Shown here one piece after another: positions 29,354 through 37,081 of a stretch of DNA of 64,000 nt. The number at the start of each line of letters is the position of its first letter. Within the stretch, counting starts at the first letter, position 1. The notes beneath the pieces were generated by a model that did no database searches, was not told the DNA's origin, and was given only the letters and a program-made list of their open reading frames with translations. Source of the stretch: a bacterium (GTDB lineage: Bacteria; Patescibacteriota; Patescibacteriia; UBA10025); the NCBI GenBank assembly GCA_021815445.1, contig JAKAGM010000002.1:159511-223510 (forward strand), in the 5' to 3' direction. Position numbers and translations under genes: made by a program.

Positions 29354-30355
29354 TTAGAGTTTTCCCGGTCCGTTTGGATTGTAGCCGTTTTGAACTTCAA
29401 AACCGTCCTTGTATCCGTCGCCATCGGTGTCGGGATTGTTCGGATTGGTGCCGTACAGCGCTTCCTGCTGGTCGGTAAGACCGTCGTTGTCGCTGTCGAG
29501 CGCTGAAGCATTCACAGTCGAATTAGTCGTCGTGCCGCACGCGATCTGAGCGCTGGTAAGTTTCCCGGGACCGTTAGGGTTGTAACCGTTCGCCACCTCA
29601 AAGCCGTCCTTGTATCCGTCGCCATCGGTGTCGGGATTGTTCGGATTGGTGCCGTAACATGCCTCCTGCAGATTAGTCAGCCCGTCGTTGTCGCTGTCGA
29701 GCGACGCGGCATTCACGTTGCTAGTGTTTACCGGTGAATTGGTAAGGCTATTTGTGACCGCATTCATATTTACTCCCGTGTTCGTAATTGCTTGATTTGT
29801 CACGCTGTTACTGATAGAGTTCGAAATAGCATTAAAGAGACTCGCCTCATTGATAGCGGAGTTTGTATTCACTCCGCTGAGATTGCTGTTTGTCCGGTTT
29901 ACCAAAACATTGCTCAGGATGTTAGTTGCCGGTTGCGTGTTGACGTTGGTGTTGGCCTTAGTGTTCGTTCCGACGTTGGCATTGTTTGTTATAACGCGAT
30001 TTTTCAAAATGACAGCCGCAGCTGCTATAAGTCCGCCTAGCACGAGAAGTACAATAACCGTTATGATAATAAATTTACGCTTTCCGCCCGGTGTAGGGTT
30101 CGTCGCGCCAAGAGGGGTAGGCATCACGCTCGGAGGAGGCGTCTGGCCCAGTGTTCGCATAATCTCCTGTTGCTCGGGACTTGCGGCGTTCATAGTCATA
30201 GCGGGCGCCTTCGGTTTCCATGGACCCCAATCTCTCCGTGCTTCTGCCTGAGGCATTGCCGGAGTCTGAGGCATGGGAGGTATTTGCGGCCTTTGTACGG
30301 GCCTGGGTGGGACCATACCAGATGGTTGAGGACGCGGCTGAACGTTTTCAAACAT
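29354..30355 (-). CDS. Membrane-anchored protein with Pro-rich cytoplasmic N-terminus, single TM, Asn/Thr-rich spacer and two thrombospondin type-3-like calcium-binding repeats
   Basis: Two copies of DSDNDGLTxxQEAxYGTNPNNPDTDGDGYKDGFEVxNGYNPNGPGKL. TM segment FIIITVIVLLVLGGLIAAAAVIL. Confidence 0.6.
   Translation of the reverse strand: MFENVQPRPQPSGMVPPRPVQRPQIPPMPQTPAMPQAEARRDWGPWKPKAPAMTMNAASPEQQEIMRTLGQTPPPSVMPTPLGATNPTPGGKRKFIIITVIVLLVLGGLIAAAAVILKNRVITNNANVGTNTKANTNVNTQPATNILSNVLVNRTNSNLSGVNTNSAINEASLFNAISNSISNSVTNQAITNTGVNMNAVTNSLTNSPVNTSNVNAASLDSDNDGLTNLQEACYGTNPNNPDTDGDGYKDGFEVANGYNPNGPGKLTSAQIACGTTTNSTVNASALDSDNDGLTDQQEALYGTNPNNPDTDGDGYKDGFEVQNGYNPNGPGKL
29359..29760. repeat. Intragenic tandem direct repeat (two units of about 201 bp, including an identical 53-mer at 29403-29455 and 29604-29656)
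   Basis: Exact 53-nt identity at a 201-nt (67-codon) offset. It encodes the two TSP3-like protein repeats. Confidence 0.8.
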
Positions 30356-30430
30356 ACGGTTGTTATTTACTGTTAATACGGGTAGTATACAACAAAGGGC
30401 CGATATTTACAAGCATAACTTATTTACCGC

Positions 30431-31483
30431 ATGTCGTTTTCAATAGGCATCGTAGGTCTGCCCAATGTCGGCAAGTCAACGCTCTTTAATGCGCTGACCA
30501 AGCTGCAGGTAGACGCATCCAATTTCCCTTTTTGCACCATTGATCCCAATGTCGGCACTGTTGCCGTGCCCGACGAACGGCTATGGCAGCTATCGAAGTT
30601 ATACTCGTCAGCCAAGACCCTGCCGACGACAATCGAGTTCGTGGACATTGCCGGCTTGGTCAAGAACGCCCACAAAGGCGAAGGACTCGGCAATGCTTTC
30701 CTATCGCACATCAGGTCGGTGAACGCCATTTGCCAGGTCCTCAGAGGGTTCTCAGACCCGAACGTCGTTCATGTGGATGGACGGGTGAATCCAGAGGAAG
30801 ACAGGCGGACTATTAACATCGAACTTATCTTTGCCGATCTCGCCACAATTGAGCGTCGCATCGCCGAGACCGGGCCGAAGGCGCGAAGCGGCGATAAAGA
30901 GAGCATACTCAAGCTCAAAACGTACGAGAAGGTCAAGCATTCGCTGGATGCAGGCACGCTCATTTCCCAGGTTCCGCTTACCCCGGAGGAAAAGCGTGAT
31001 ATAGCGGATTTGCATCTGCTGAGCGCCAAACCCATGCTGTATGTGCTGAACGTCGATGAAAATAGCGCGGCAAAGGACAACCCGGGGTATCTCACCATCA
31101 GCGCGAAGATAGAATCAGAGCTTTCGCAAATGCCCGAGGCTGACGCCCACGAATACCTGAAAAGTCTGGGACTAGAGAAGACCGGTCTTGAACGTTTAAT
31201 TGTCGCCTCATACGCGCTTCTCGACCTTATCACGTTCTTTACCGCAGGCCCGAAGGAAACACGGGCATGGACGGTGAAGCGTGGAGCGACAGCGCCCGAG
31301 GGTGGAGCTGAGATTCATTCTGATTTCCAGACAAAATTTATCCGCGCCGAAGTCACCAACTGGAAAGACCTGATTGAATGCGGCGGTGAAGCGGGGGCAA
31401 AGTCTCAGGGTAAGACCAGAATCGAAGGCAAGGAATACGTTGTCCAAGACGGAGACACGTTCTACTTTCGCATCGGTGGATAG
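30431..31483 (+). CDS. ychF: Ribosome-binding ATPase YchF (Obg-like)
   Basis: G1 motif GLPNVGKST and the typical YchF C-terminal TGS domain. Confidence 0.9.
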   Translation: MSFSIGIVGLPNVGKSTLFNALTKLQVDASNFPFCTIDPNVGTVAVPDERLWQLSKLYSSAKTLPTTIEFVDIAGLVKNAHKGEGLGNAFLSHIRSVNAICQVLRGFSDPNVVHVDGRVNPEEDRRTINIELIFADLATIERRIAETGPKARSGDKESILKLKTYEKVKHSLDAGTLISQVPLTPEEKRDIADLHLLSAKPMLYVLNVDENSAAKDNPGYLTISAKIESELSQMPEADAHEYLKSLGLEKTGLERLIVASYALLDLITFFTAGPKETRAWTVKRGATAPEGGAEIHSDFQTKFIRAEVTNWKDLIECGGEAGAKSQGKTRIEGKEYVVQDGDTFYFRIGG

Positions 31484-31500
31484 ACCCGCTTGACGCGATC

Positions 31501-31530
31501 TTGAGCTTTGGCCTCATAAGGTTATATACT
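31501..31530 (+). promoter_or_regulatory. Sigma70-like promoter TTGAGC-18 nt-TATACT immediately downstream of ychF
   Basis: TTGAGC at 31501-31506 and TATACT at 31525-31530. Confidence 0.4.
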
Positions 31531-31536
31531 TGAGAT

Positions 31537-31914
31537 ATCAACAGTGAGCAGGAGGATTTGCTCTTTACGAATATCACCTCATCTTTCGCGGGAGGAGGAA
31601 TTTTGACTAAGCACGATAAGGGCGATGACCCTCGTAATTGTCATCTACGCCTCCGGAAACGGCAGATTTACCTAAAGCTCAAGACGTTGCCCACAGTCGA
31701 GAGTGGGCAGAGGGGAGGAGTCTATGCATCTCAGATTGTTAATCTTCATTAACCCCGTCGTCTGTGAACCCCAAGCCCGCTGATTGGAGGTGATCCGATA
31801 TCTCTCTTTGAGGCGTGACCTCAAGGAGCACGCAGTACCCCGGGAAGGAGGCAAGTTTTCGTCATGATATTCGCGGTTCGCTGTGCTAGGGTCTCTGAGA
31901 CCCTAGCTTTTTTT
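31537..31914 (+). ncRNA. Candidate non-coding RNA transcription unit (about 380 nt, promoter to strong terminator, no long ORF); class undetermined
   Basis: Bounded by the promoter at 31501-31530 and the terminator at 31885-31914. Contains internal hairpins such as ctttgagg-cgtga-cctcaagg. The only ORFs are short: a 49-aa TTG-start ORF at 31603-31752 with a GGAGGAGG RBS, and a 24-aa ORF. Confidence 0.35.
31885..31914 (+). terminator. Rho-independent terminator gctagggtc-tctga-gaccctagc-TTTTTTT
   Basis: Perfect 9-bp stem followed by a 7-T run. Confidence 0.7.
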
Positions 31915-31956
31915 GCCATCGTAAAGCTCAATTGGTAAAATTCAAAGGTTAATAAT

Positions 31957-31989
31957 AAAAAACCCTATCCTGCTAATGACGCAGAAGGG
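31957..31989 (-). terminator. Probable minus-strand terminator for the 32002-32340 gene
   Basis: The minus-strand RNA reads CCCUUCUGC-gucauua-GCAGGAUAGGG followed by UUUUUU; the stem has bulges. Confidence 0.35.
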
Positions 31990-32001
31990 CTAGGAGCAAA
32001 T

Positions 32002-32340
32002 TTAGGCAATCATGCGTTTTGGTCTGCATACTCTGACCCGAGGTTGGACCGGGGCCTTTTTGGGTTTTGGAGGGCGCTGCTCGGCAAACCGGAAAGTCAT
32101 AGTGTTGTCAGTTTGTATCTTCCTGGCAACCCTCAGTCCAGCTGCCGCCGCGATGAGAGGGCCGATCTGATGACAGTATGATACGTTACACGCGGGCCAA
32201 AAGTGATCCCCGTTCTCGCCATCGATAAGCAGTACCCTGTGCCCACGCCGCACTTTGACGTCGGGCGAGATGTGGGTAAAGGTAATGGAATCACCCGGTT
32301 GTAGTTTTGTGCGCTTGCCTGATTTTTCAGTCAGGATCAT
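32002..32340 (-). CDS. Hypothetical small protein (real N-terminal portion likely; length uncertain)
   Basis: Strong RBS GGGAGG 7 nt upstream of ATG at 32340. A downstream terminator is present. No recognisable domain. Confidence 0.35.
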   Translation of the reverse strand: MILTEKSGKRTKLQPGDSITFTHISPDVKVRRGHRVLLIDGENGDHFWPACNVSYCHQIGPLIAAAAGLRVARKIQTDNTMTFRFAEQRPPKPKKAPVQPRVRVCRPKRMIA

Positions 32341-32523
32341 TTTTTTCCTCCCGTGAGCTGGTGCGTTTTTGGTTGAGAAAGTGAATTTTCATCAACTTAA
32401 CACCGGGGGCGTTCGTTGTCAAATCCTCAAAAGCACACTCTCCCTTCTGTCATTGTGATCTCGGGATGACGCTAAGCGTCAGATTGCCACCTCCCGAGTC
32501 GTGGGACTTGCGATGACAAATTA

Positions 32524-33777
32524 TTAAATAGTATGCCGCAAAATTATTATTTCTCTGCCAACCAGCTGGTCAGGCCGTGCATACAGGAGTCCGCGGTCTG
32601 TGTTGCCGGGCTGCAAGAGTTTCATGTCGCTGATAGGAAGCGGAGCGGTATGTTCAAAACGCTTTGGCAATACGAAATCCCGGAGTGGGAGGAGGGCAAG
32701 CGCGGTTTTTGTTTGGAAAAAAGGTACGCCCATAACCACAGTACCGCCGGGTTTTAGCAATTCAGCAAGTGAAGAGAGGGATGCCCGGTACAATTCTGTG
32801 AGCTCTTCGATTATAGAAACCAGCTTTGCCTTGTCGGGCATTCTTCTTAAGGGCGGTCCCAGGTACGTTTCCGCGACGATTGCATCCACAGTGTTTTTCT
32901 TGAGCTCACTCGACAGATTGCGAACGTCTTTCTGAAATACCCGAGTAGTATTTATTATGTGAGCGTTTCTTGCAAACCACTCGAGGTTGCGCCGAGTATC
33001 CTCTATAGCTTTTCCGCTGATGTCCGAGCCGATGACGTTCATGTATCCCATGCGCAGGGCTTCCTGGAGGATTGTTCCTGACCCGCAGAACGGATCAAGG
33101 AGAGTTGCCGTTGGCGCGCTTCCGGAGAGATTAATCATCATCTGCGCGAGCTTGGGCGGGAGCGTGCCGCTTTTCGTGTCGCGCACCGGCCTGCCATAGT
33201 CCCGTTCGCTGTACGACTCGAAGTCTTGGACCGTCGCCGTTTTGCCCACGTAAAGTTTGTCGCCGTCTGCGAGCACGACTATTTCAGCCCCTCGCTGGAT
33301 GAGATTGTTTTTTACCACGGCTGCGTTGACGAGGGTTCCAGACTGGTCAAAGAGGAACCGCGATGGATATTCGGACTCAGCAAGTTTCTTTTTTATCTCG
33401 AATCCAAGCCGTCGAAGCTTGGTAAGCAAAGCCGCTTGTACGCGTCCGTAAACACTGACACCAAAAATTATTTTATCCTCGTTCTGCGTAAAATATGCCG
33501 ACAAAAGTCTGTCGATGTCGAATACTTTTTTAATCCCTTCAGTAGTGGTTGTTTCAATTATTTCGACTATTTTCACGGTTCCCCCCAGCCTGAATTGCAG
33601 GGCAACGGTGTCCAGCGCTGAAGCGTTCTCGACAATTAAAAAATGTTTAGTAACACTTACTGTCTTTCCAACCCTAACGGCGCGCAATTCAGCAAGCGAA
33701 AGCGCGGGGTGGGATCCGGGGATAAAAGCGTAGAGAGACATGAGGATAGTATACAAGCTCGTAGCCGAAGGTTCCAT
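32524..33777 (-). CDS. THUMP-like / UPF0020-family RNA (guanine-N2) methyltransferase (Trm11/RlmL-like)
   Basis: SAM motif LLDPFCGSGTILQEA. ATG confirmed at 33777. The ORF-track 130-aa N-terminal extension has no support. Confidence 0.7.
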   Translation of the reverse strand: MEPSATSLYTILMSLYAFIPGSHPALSLAELRAVRVGKTVSVTKHFLIVENASALDTVALQFRLGGTVKIVEIIETTTTEGIKKVFDIDRLLSAYFTQNEDKIIFGVSVYGRVQAALLTKLRRLGFEIKKKLAESEYPSRFLFDQSGTLVNAAVVKNNLIQRGAEIVVLADGDKLYVGKTATVQDFESYSERDYGRPVRDTKSGTLPPKLAQMMINLSGSAPTATLLDPFCGSGTILQEALRMGYMNVIGSDISGKAIEDTRRNLEWFARNAHIINTTRVFQKDVRNLSSELKKNTVDAIVAETYLGPPLRRMPDKAKLVSIIEELTELYRASLSSLAELLKPGGTVVMGVPFFQTKTALALLPLRDFVLPKRFEHTAPLPISDMKLLQPGNTDRGLLYARPDQLVGREIIILRHTI

Positions 33778-33936
33778 GGTTATGAAAAATTTTCGCCCGC
33801 CTCTTATTACCTCCTTCAATCCCTCTCTTGCCAACTCCCAAAACCTGTGGTAGGTTAAAAGCCGATAAAGGAGTCCACCAGACTCATCAGGACAGTCTCT
33901 TTTTTTATCTTTTTTACCTACATTTAGCCAAAAAAC

Positions 33937-34440
33937 ATGCAGCATTACGAGATGCTTTTCATCCTGCCGGCACGCAAATCCCAGGAAGAGCTTGAACAGA
34001 GTATTCAGAGCATTTTTCAAATTGTTGAAAAAGCCGGCGGCAAAGTTACTAAAAAAGAGGTATTTGCCAAACAACGGCTGAGCTACCCTATCAAGAAAGA
34101 ACAGCAGGGCGTCTATATCCTGAGCGAATTTGACATGGAACAGGCGAAACTTTCCGGTGTCGACCACGACCTCAGGCTTTTACCCGACTTGCTCAGGCAC
34201 CAGATAGTGAAATTGCAGGTCAAGAGTCCCGAGCGGCTCGAAGAAGAGCGCCAGCTCAAAGAACGGATAGCATCTCGGCGAGTAGCCCAGACTGAAAAAG
34301 CGCGGCAGGAAGAAGTGGCGAAAGAAACGCAAGAAGCCCTCGAAACGCAGAAAAAGGACGAGAAAAAGACGGAAAAAGTCGATATCGAGGAGCTTGATAA
34401 GAAGCTCGAAGAAATCCTCGACGATCCGCTGCTTAAATAA
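33937..34440 (+). CDS. rpsF: 30S ribosomal protein S6 with Lys/Glu-rich C-terminal extension
   Basis: S6 N-terminal fold MQHYEMLFIL...; first gene of the classic rpsF-ssb-rpsR operon. Confidence 0.85.
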   Translation: MQHYEMLFILPARKSQEELEQSIQSIFQIVEKAGGKVTKKEVFAKQRLSYPIKKEQQGVYILSEFDMEQAKLSGVDHDLRLLPDLLRHQIVKLQVKSPERLEEERQLKERIASRRVAQTEKARQEEVAKETQEALETQKKDEKKTEKVDIEELDKKLEEILDDPLLK

Positions 34441-34449
34441 ACACTTCCT

Positions 34450-34878
34450 ATGGCAATGGATTTAAATAAAGTCATGGTCATCGGCAATGTGACGCGGGAC
34501 CCCGAGGTAAGAACTACTCCGTCGGGAGTGAGCGTCGCCTCATTCGGCGTTGCGACAAACTTCTCATGGAAAGACGCACAGGGCGCCCAGCAGAAACGCG
34601 CCGAGTTCCACAACATCGTCGCATGGCGCAAGCTTGCTGAGATCATCGGCCAATATGTCAAAAAGGGGAGCCGCATTTACATCGAGGGCAGGCTCCAGAC
34701 CCGCAGCTGGGACGATCAAAGCGGGACGAAGCGCTATCGCACCGAGATTGTGGCTGACAACATGATCATGCTCGACAAGCGCAGCGGTGCGGCCGAACCG
34801 GCCCCGGAAGCTTCGGCAGCCCCGGAGGCGCAAGCCCCGGCAGAGCCCGAGATTAACGTCGAGGATATACCTTTTTAA
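34450..34878 (+). CDS. ssb: Single-stranded DNA-binding protein
   Basis: OB-fold N-terminus ([21 protein letters not shown]) and an acidic tail ending DIPF. Confidence 0.9.
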   Translation: MAMDLNKVMVIGNVTRDPEVRTTPSGVSVASFGVATNFSWKDAQGAQQKRAEFHNIVAWRKLAEIIGQYVKKGSRIYIEGRLQTRSWDDQSGTKRYRTEIVADNMIMLDKRSGAAEPAPEASAAPEAQAPAEPEINVEDIPF

Positions 34879-34882
34879 ACCT

Positions 34883-35122
34883 ATGAACAACCGCCAGCAA
34901 AGACAAGCCCCGCCACTCCTGCCGAAAGTTTGTTATTTTTGCATCAACGCTTTTTCTGATATTGATTACAAAGATGCCCGGCTTCTGAGGAAATTTCTGT
35001 CGTCCTACGGCAAGATTCTCCCGCGTAAAAAGACCGGCACCTGCGCGAAGCACCAGCGTAAACTCGCTACGGCAGTCAAGCGAGCCCGCATGATGGCACT
35101 TGTCCCGTTTACCACCCGGTAG
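34883..35122 (+). CDS. rpsR: 30S ribosomal protein S18
   Basis: S18 motifs CYFC..IDYKD..LLRKF and [15 protein letters not shown] confirmed at 34883. Confidence 0.9.
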   Translation: MNNRQQRQAPPLLPKVCYFCINAFSDIDYKDARLLRKFLSSYGKILPRKKTGTCAKHQRKLATAVKRARMMALVPFTTR

Positions 35123-35197
35123 CGCAGTCTCACATTTTTTGGTGTGTACCCGCCCCCGCATCACCTGCGGAGTATCATTTAACACTTAATTTGTTCT

Positions 35198-35758
35198 ATG
35201 GCCTCTATCAGCGAAATACGCATGGGATTTTACATGGTTCACCAGGGTGAGCCCTATGTTGTCGTAAAAACAGACTTCATCAAGATGGCGCAGAGCAAAG
35301 GAATCATGCGTACCACAATCCGCAATCTTATCAACGGCAATGTCCTGAAGATGACCTATAAAGGCGCTGATAGTGTTGAGGAAGCCGACATTTCGCGCGG
35401 CAAGGCAAATTACCTCTACCAGGAAGGAAACAATTTTTATTTTATGAACTCCGAGACGTATGACCAGTTCTTCGTCTCAGGAGAGTCGCTGGCTGAGAAA
35501 AAGAATTTTCTCGTCGAAAACCTCGAAGTGGACGTACTGCTGTTTAACGGCAATCCCGTCAACATTGAGCTTCCAAAGAAAGTAGTCCTCGAAGTCAAAG
35601 AAACCGAGCCCGCTGTCCGGGGTGATACGGCGCAGGGCGGGGTGATGAAATCGGCAAAGTTAGAAAACGGCAGTGAGATTCAAGTCCCGCTGTTTGTGAA
35701 AACCGGAGAAAAAATCAGGATTAACACTGATACCGGCCAGTACGTAGAGCGGGCGTAA
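35198..35758 (+). CDS. efp: Elongation factor P
   Basis: EF-P KOW-like N-terminus, including the conserved loop with lysine (KMAQSKGIMRTT). Confidence 0.93.
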   Translation: MASISEIRMGFYMVHQGEPYVVVKTDFIKMAQSKGIMRTTIRNLINGNVLKMTYKGADSVEEADISRGKANYLYQEGNNFYFMNSETYDQFFVSGESLAEKKNFLVENLEVDVLLFNGNPVNIELPKKVVLEVKETEPAVRGDTAQGGVMKSAKLENGSEIQVPLFVKTGEKIRINTDTGQYVERA

Positions 35759-35807
35759 AACAACTATTCAAAGAGTATAAAGAATCTGGGCGCCCCTCCG
35801 GGAGCTC

Positions 35808-35839
35808 CACTTTTCTTTGCCTGTCCAAAGAAAAGTGGA
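35808..35839. repeat. Perfect 13-bp inverted repeat ccacttttctttg-cctgtc-caaagaaaagtgg
   Basis: Exact palindrome in the efp/trpS convergent intergenic region. Confidence 0.8.
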
Positions 35840-35871
35840 GAGAAAAGAAAAGACATCGCGGCGCAAACTCA

Positions 35872-35897
35872 CCCCACACCATCTGATGGTGTGGGGT
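35872..35897. repeat. Perfect 12-bp inverted repeat ccccacaccatc-tg-gatggtgtgggg
   Basis: Exact palindrome with a 2-nt loop; no adjacent T-run. Confidence 0.8.
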
Positions 35898-36074
35898 TCA
35901 AACATGCGCCGCGCGAGCGACGGGGGAACGAAGAATGCCGCAGCAACATCGCATATCCCTATATTCATTAAATCCTTCATCGCCCGCCTCTCGAGATGCG
36001 ACTAAAATACCCCGTAGACTAGCTTGGGGAGATGATGGCGCCAAGGTAAGGATACCTTGACAACACAGACTGTA

Positions 36075-37061
36075 TTATAGTAGCCCTACTTTTTCTTTCA
36101 CCTCGCGGAGATTTTTCTCAGCGATTTTTTTTGCCCGCGCGCTTCCTTCCCTGAGAATTTTCCACACAGCGTCGGGCTTCTTTGCCAGCTGAATCCGCTT
36201 AGCGCGGAATGATTCAAAGTATGCGGCGATGTCAGTCGCGAGCTGTTGCTTCAAATCGGCATAACTTATCACTTTGTCCCGGTACGCTTTCTCGAATCCA
36301 CCGATGACGGCGTCTTTTGAAAAGATGTCGAGCAGCTCAAAGAGGTTCGCGACGCCGGGACTTTTGGACGCGGAAGCATTTTTGCCACTGTCGGTTGGTG
36401 CCGAAGCGAGTTTTTTAGCAATTATCTCTGGAGAGTCTGAGAGTGCGATGTAGTTTTTTTCTCCGAGAGACTTCTCCATTTTTCTCTCCGGATAGGTGAG
36501 ACTCATAATGCGCGCGCCGGCATGATTCACCTTGTGCATGGGTTCAGGGAACGTCTCGCCATATTTGTTATTGAATGCCCGTGCAATCTCTCGCGCCAGC
36601 TCTATGTGCGGCAGCTGGTCCTCGCCGACAGGGACTATGACAGCTTTGTACAGAAGGATGTCGGCCGCCATAAGCGCAGGATAGTTCAACAGTCCCATAT
36701 TGAGATTGTCGGCAAACTGCTTTGATTTGTCCTTGAATGTCGGTACGCGTTCAAGCCAGGAAATCGGGGTAATAGTGTCCAAAATCCACGCCAACTCAGC
36801 GTGTTCGGGGACGAGCGACTGGAGCATGAGTATGGATTTATCCATATCGATGCCCGCGGCCAAATAATCAAGCGCAGCTTCAAACACCGCTTTTTTGAGA
36901 TCGGCCGGTTTGGGGCCCTGGGTGAGCGCATGAAGGTCGTAGATGCCGAAAATACAGTTGTACGAATCCTGAAGCTCAAGCCACGACTTCACAGCCCCGA
37001 AATAGTTGCCTATATGGAGTCTGCCTGACGGCTTAATGCCTGAGACGAGGGTGCGTTTCAT
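36075..37061 (-). CDS. trpS: Tryptophan--tRNA ligase
   Basis: Class I motifs PSGRLHIGNYFG (HIGH) and KMEKS. Confidence 0.92.
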   Translation of the reverse strand: MKRTLVSGIKPSGRLHIGNYFGAVKSWLELQDSYNCIFGIYDLHALTQGPKPADLKKAVFEAALDYLAAGIDMDKSILMLQSLVPEHAELAWILDTITPISWLERVPTFKDKSKQFADNLNMGLLNYPALMAADILLYKAVIVPVGEDQLPHIELAREIARAFNNKYGETFPEPMHKVNHAGARIMSLTYPERKMEKSLGEKNYIALSDSPEIIAKKLASAPTDSGKNASASKSPGVANLFELLDIFSKDAVIGGFEKAYRDKVISYADLKQQLATDIAAYFESFRAKRIQLAKKPDAVWKILREGSARAKKIAEKNLREVKEKVGLL

Positions 37062-37081
37062 ACGTCTCTAGTGTAGCGTAT

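Noticed and set aside
31537-31914. tmRNA or SRP RNA identity for the orphan transcription unit
   Set aside because: There is no tRNA-like 3' end (T-arm GGTTCGAATCC type), no tag-peptide frame ending in the canonical ...AA stop, and no SRP domain IV motif GGUCCGGAAGGAAGCAGC. It is left unclassified.
32075-32100. RNase P RNA P4-like motif (ccGGAAAGTCatag)
   Set aside because: Only the GGAAAGUC octamer matches. The required CCGGGC/CCAUGC continuation and the 3' ACAGAANCCGGCUUA partner are absent, and the region lies inside an RBS-bearing ORF.
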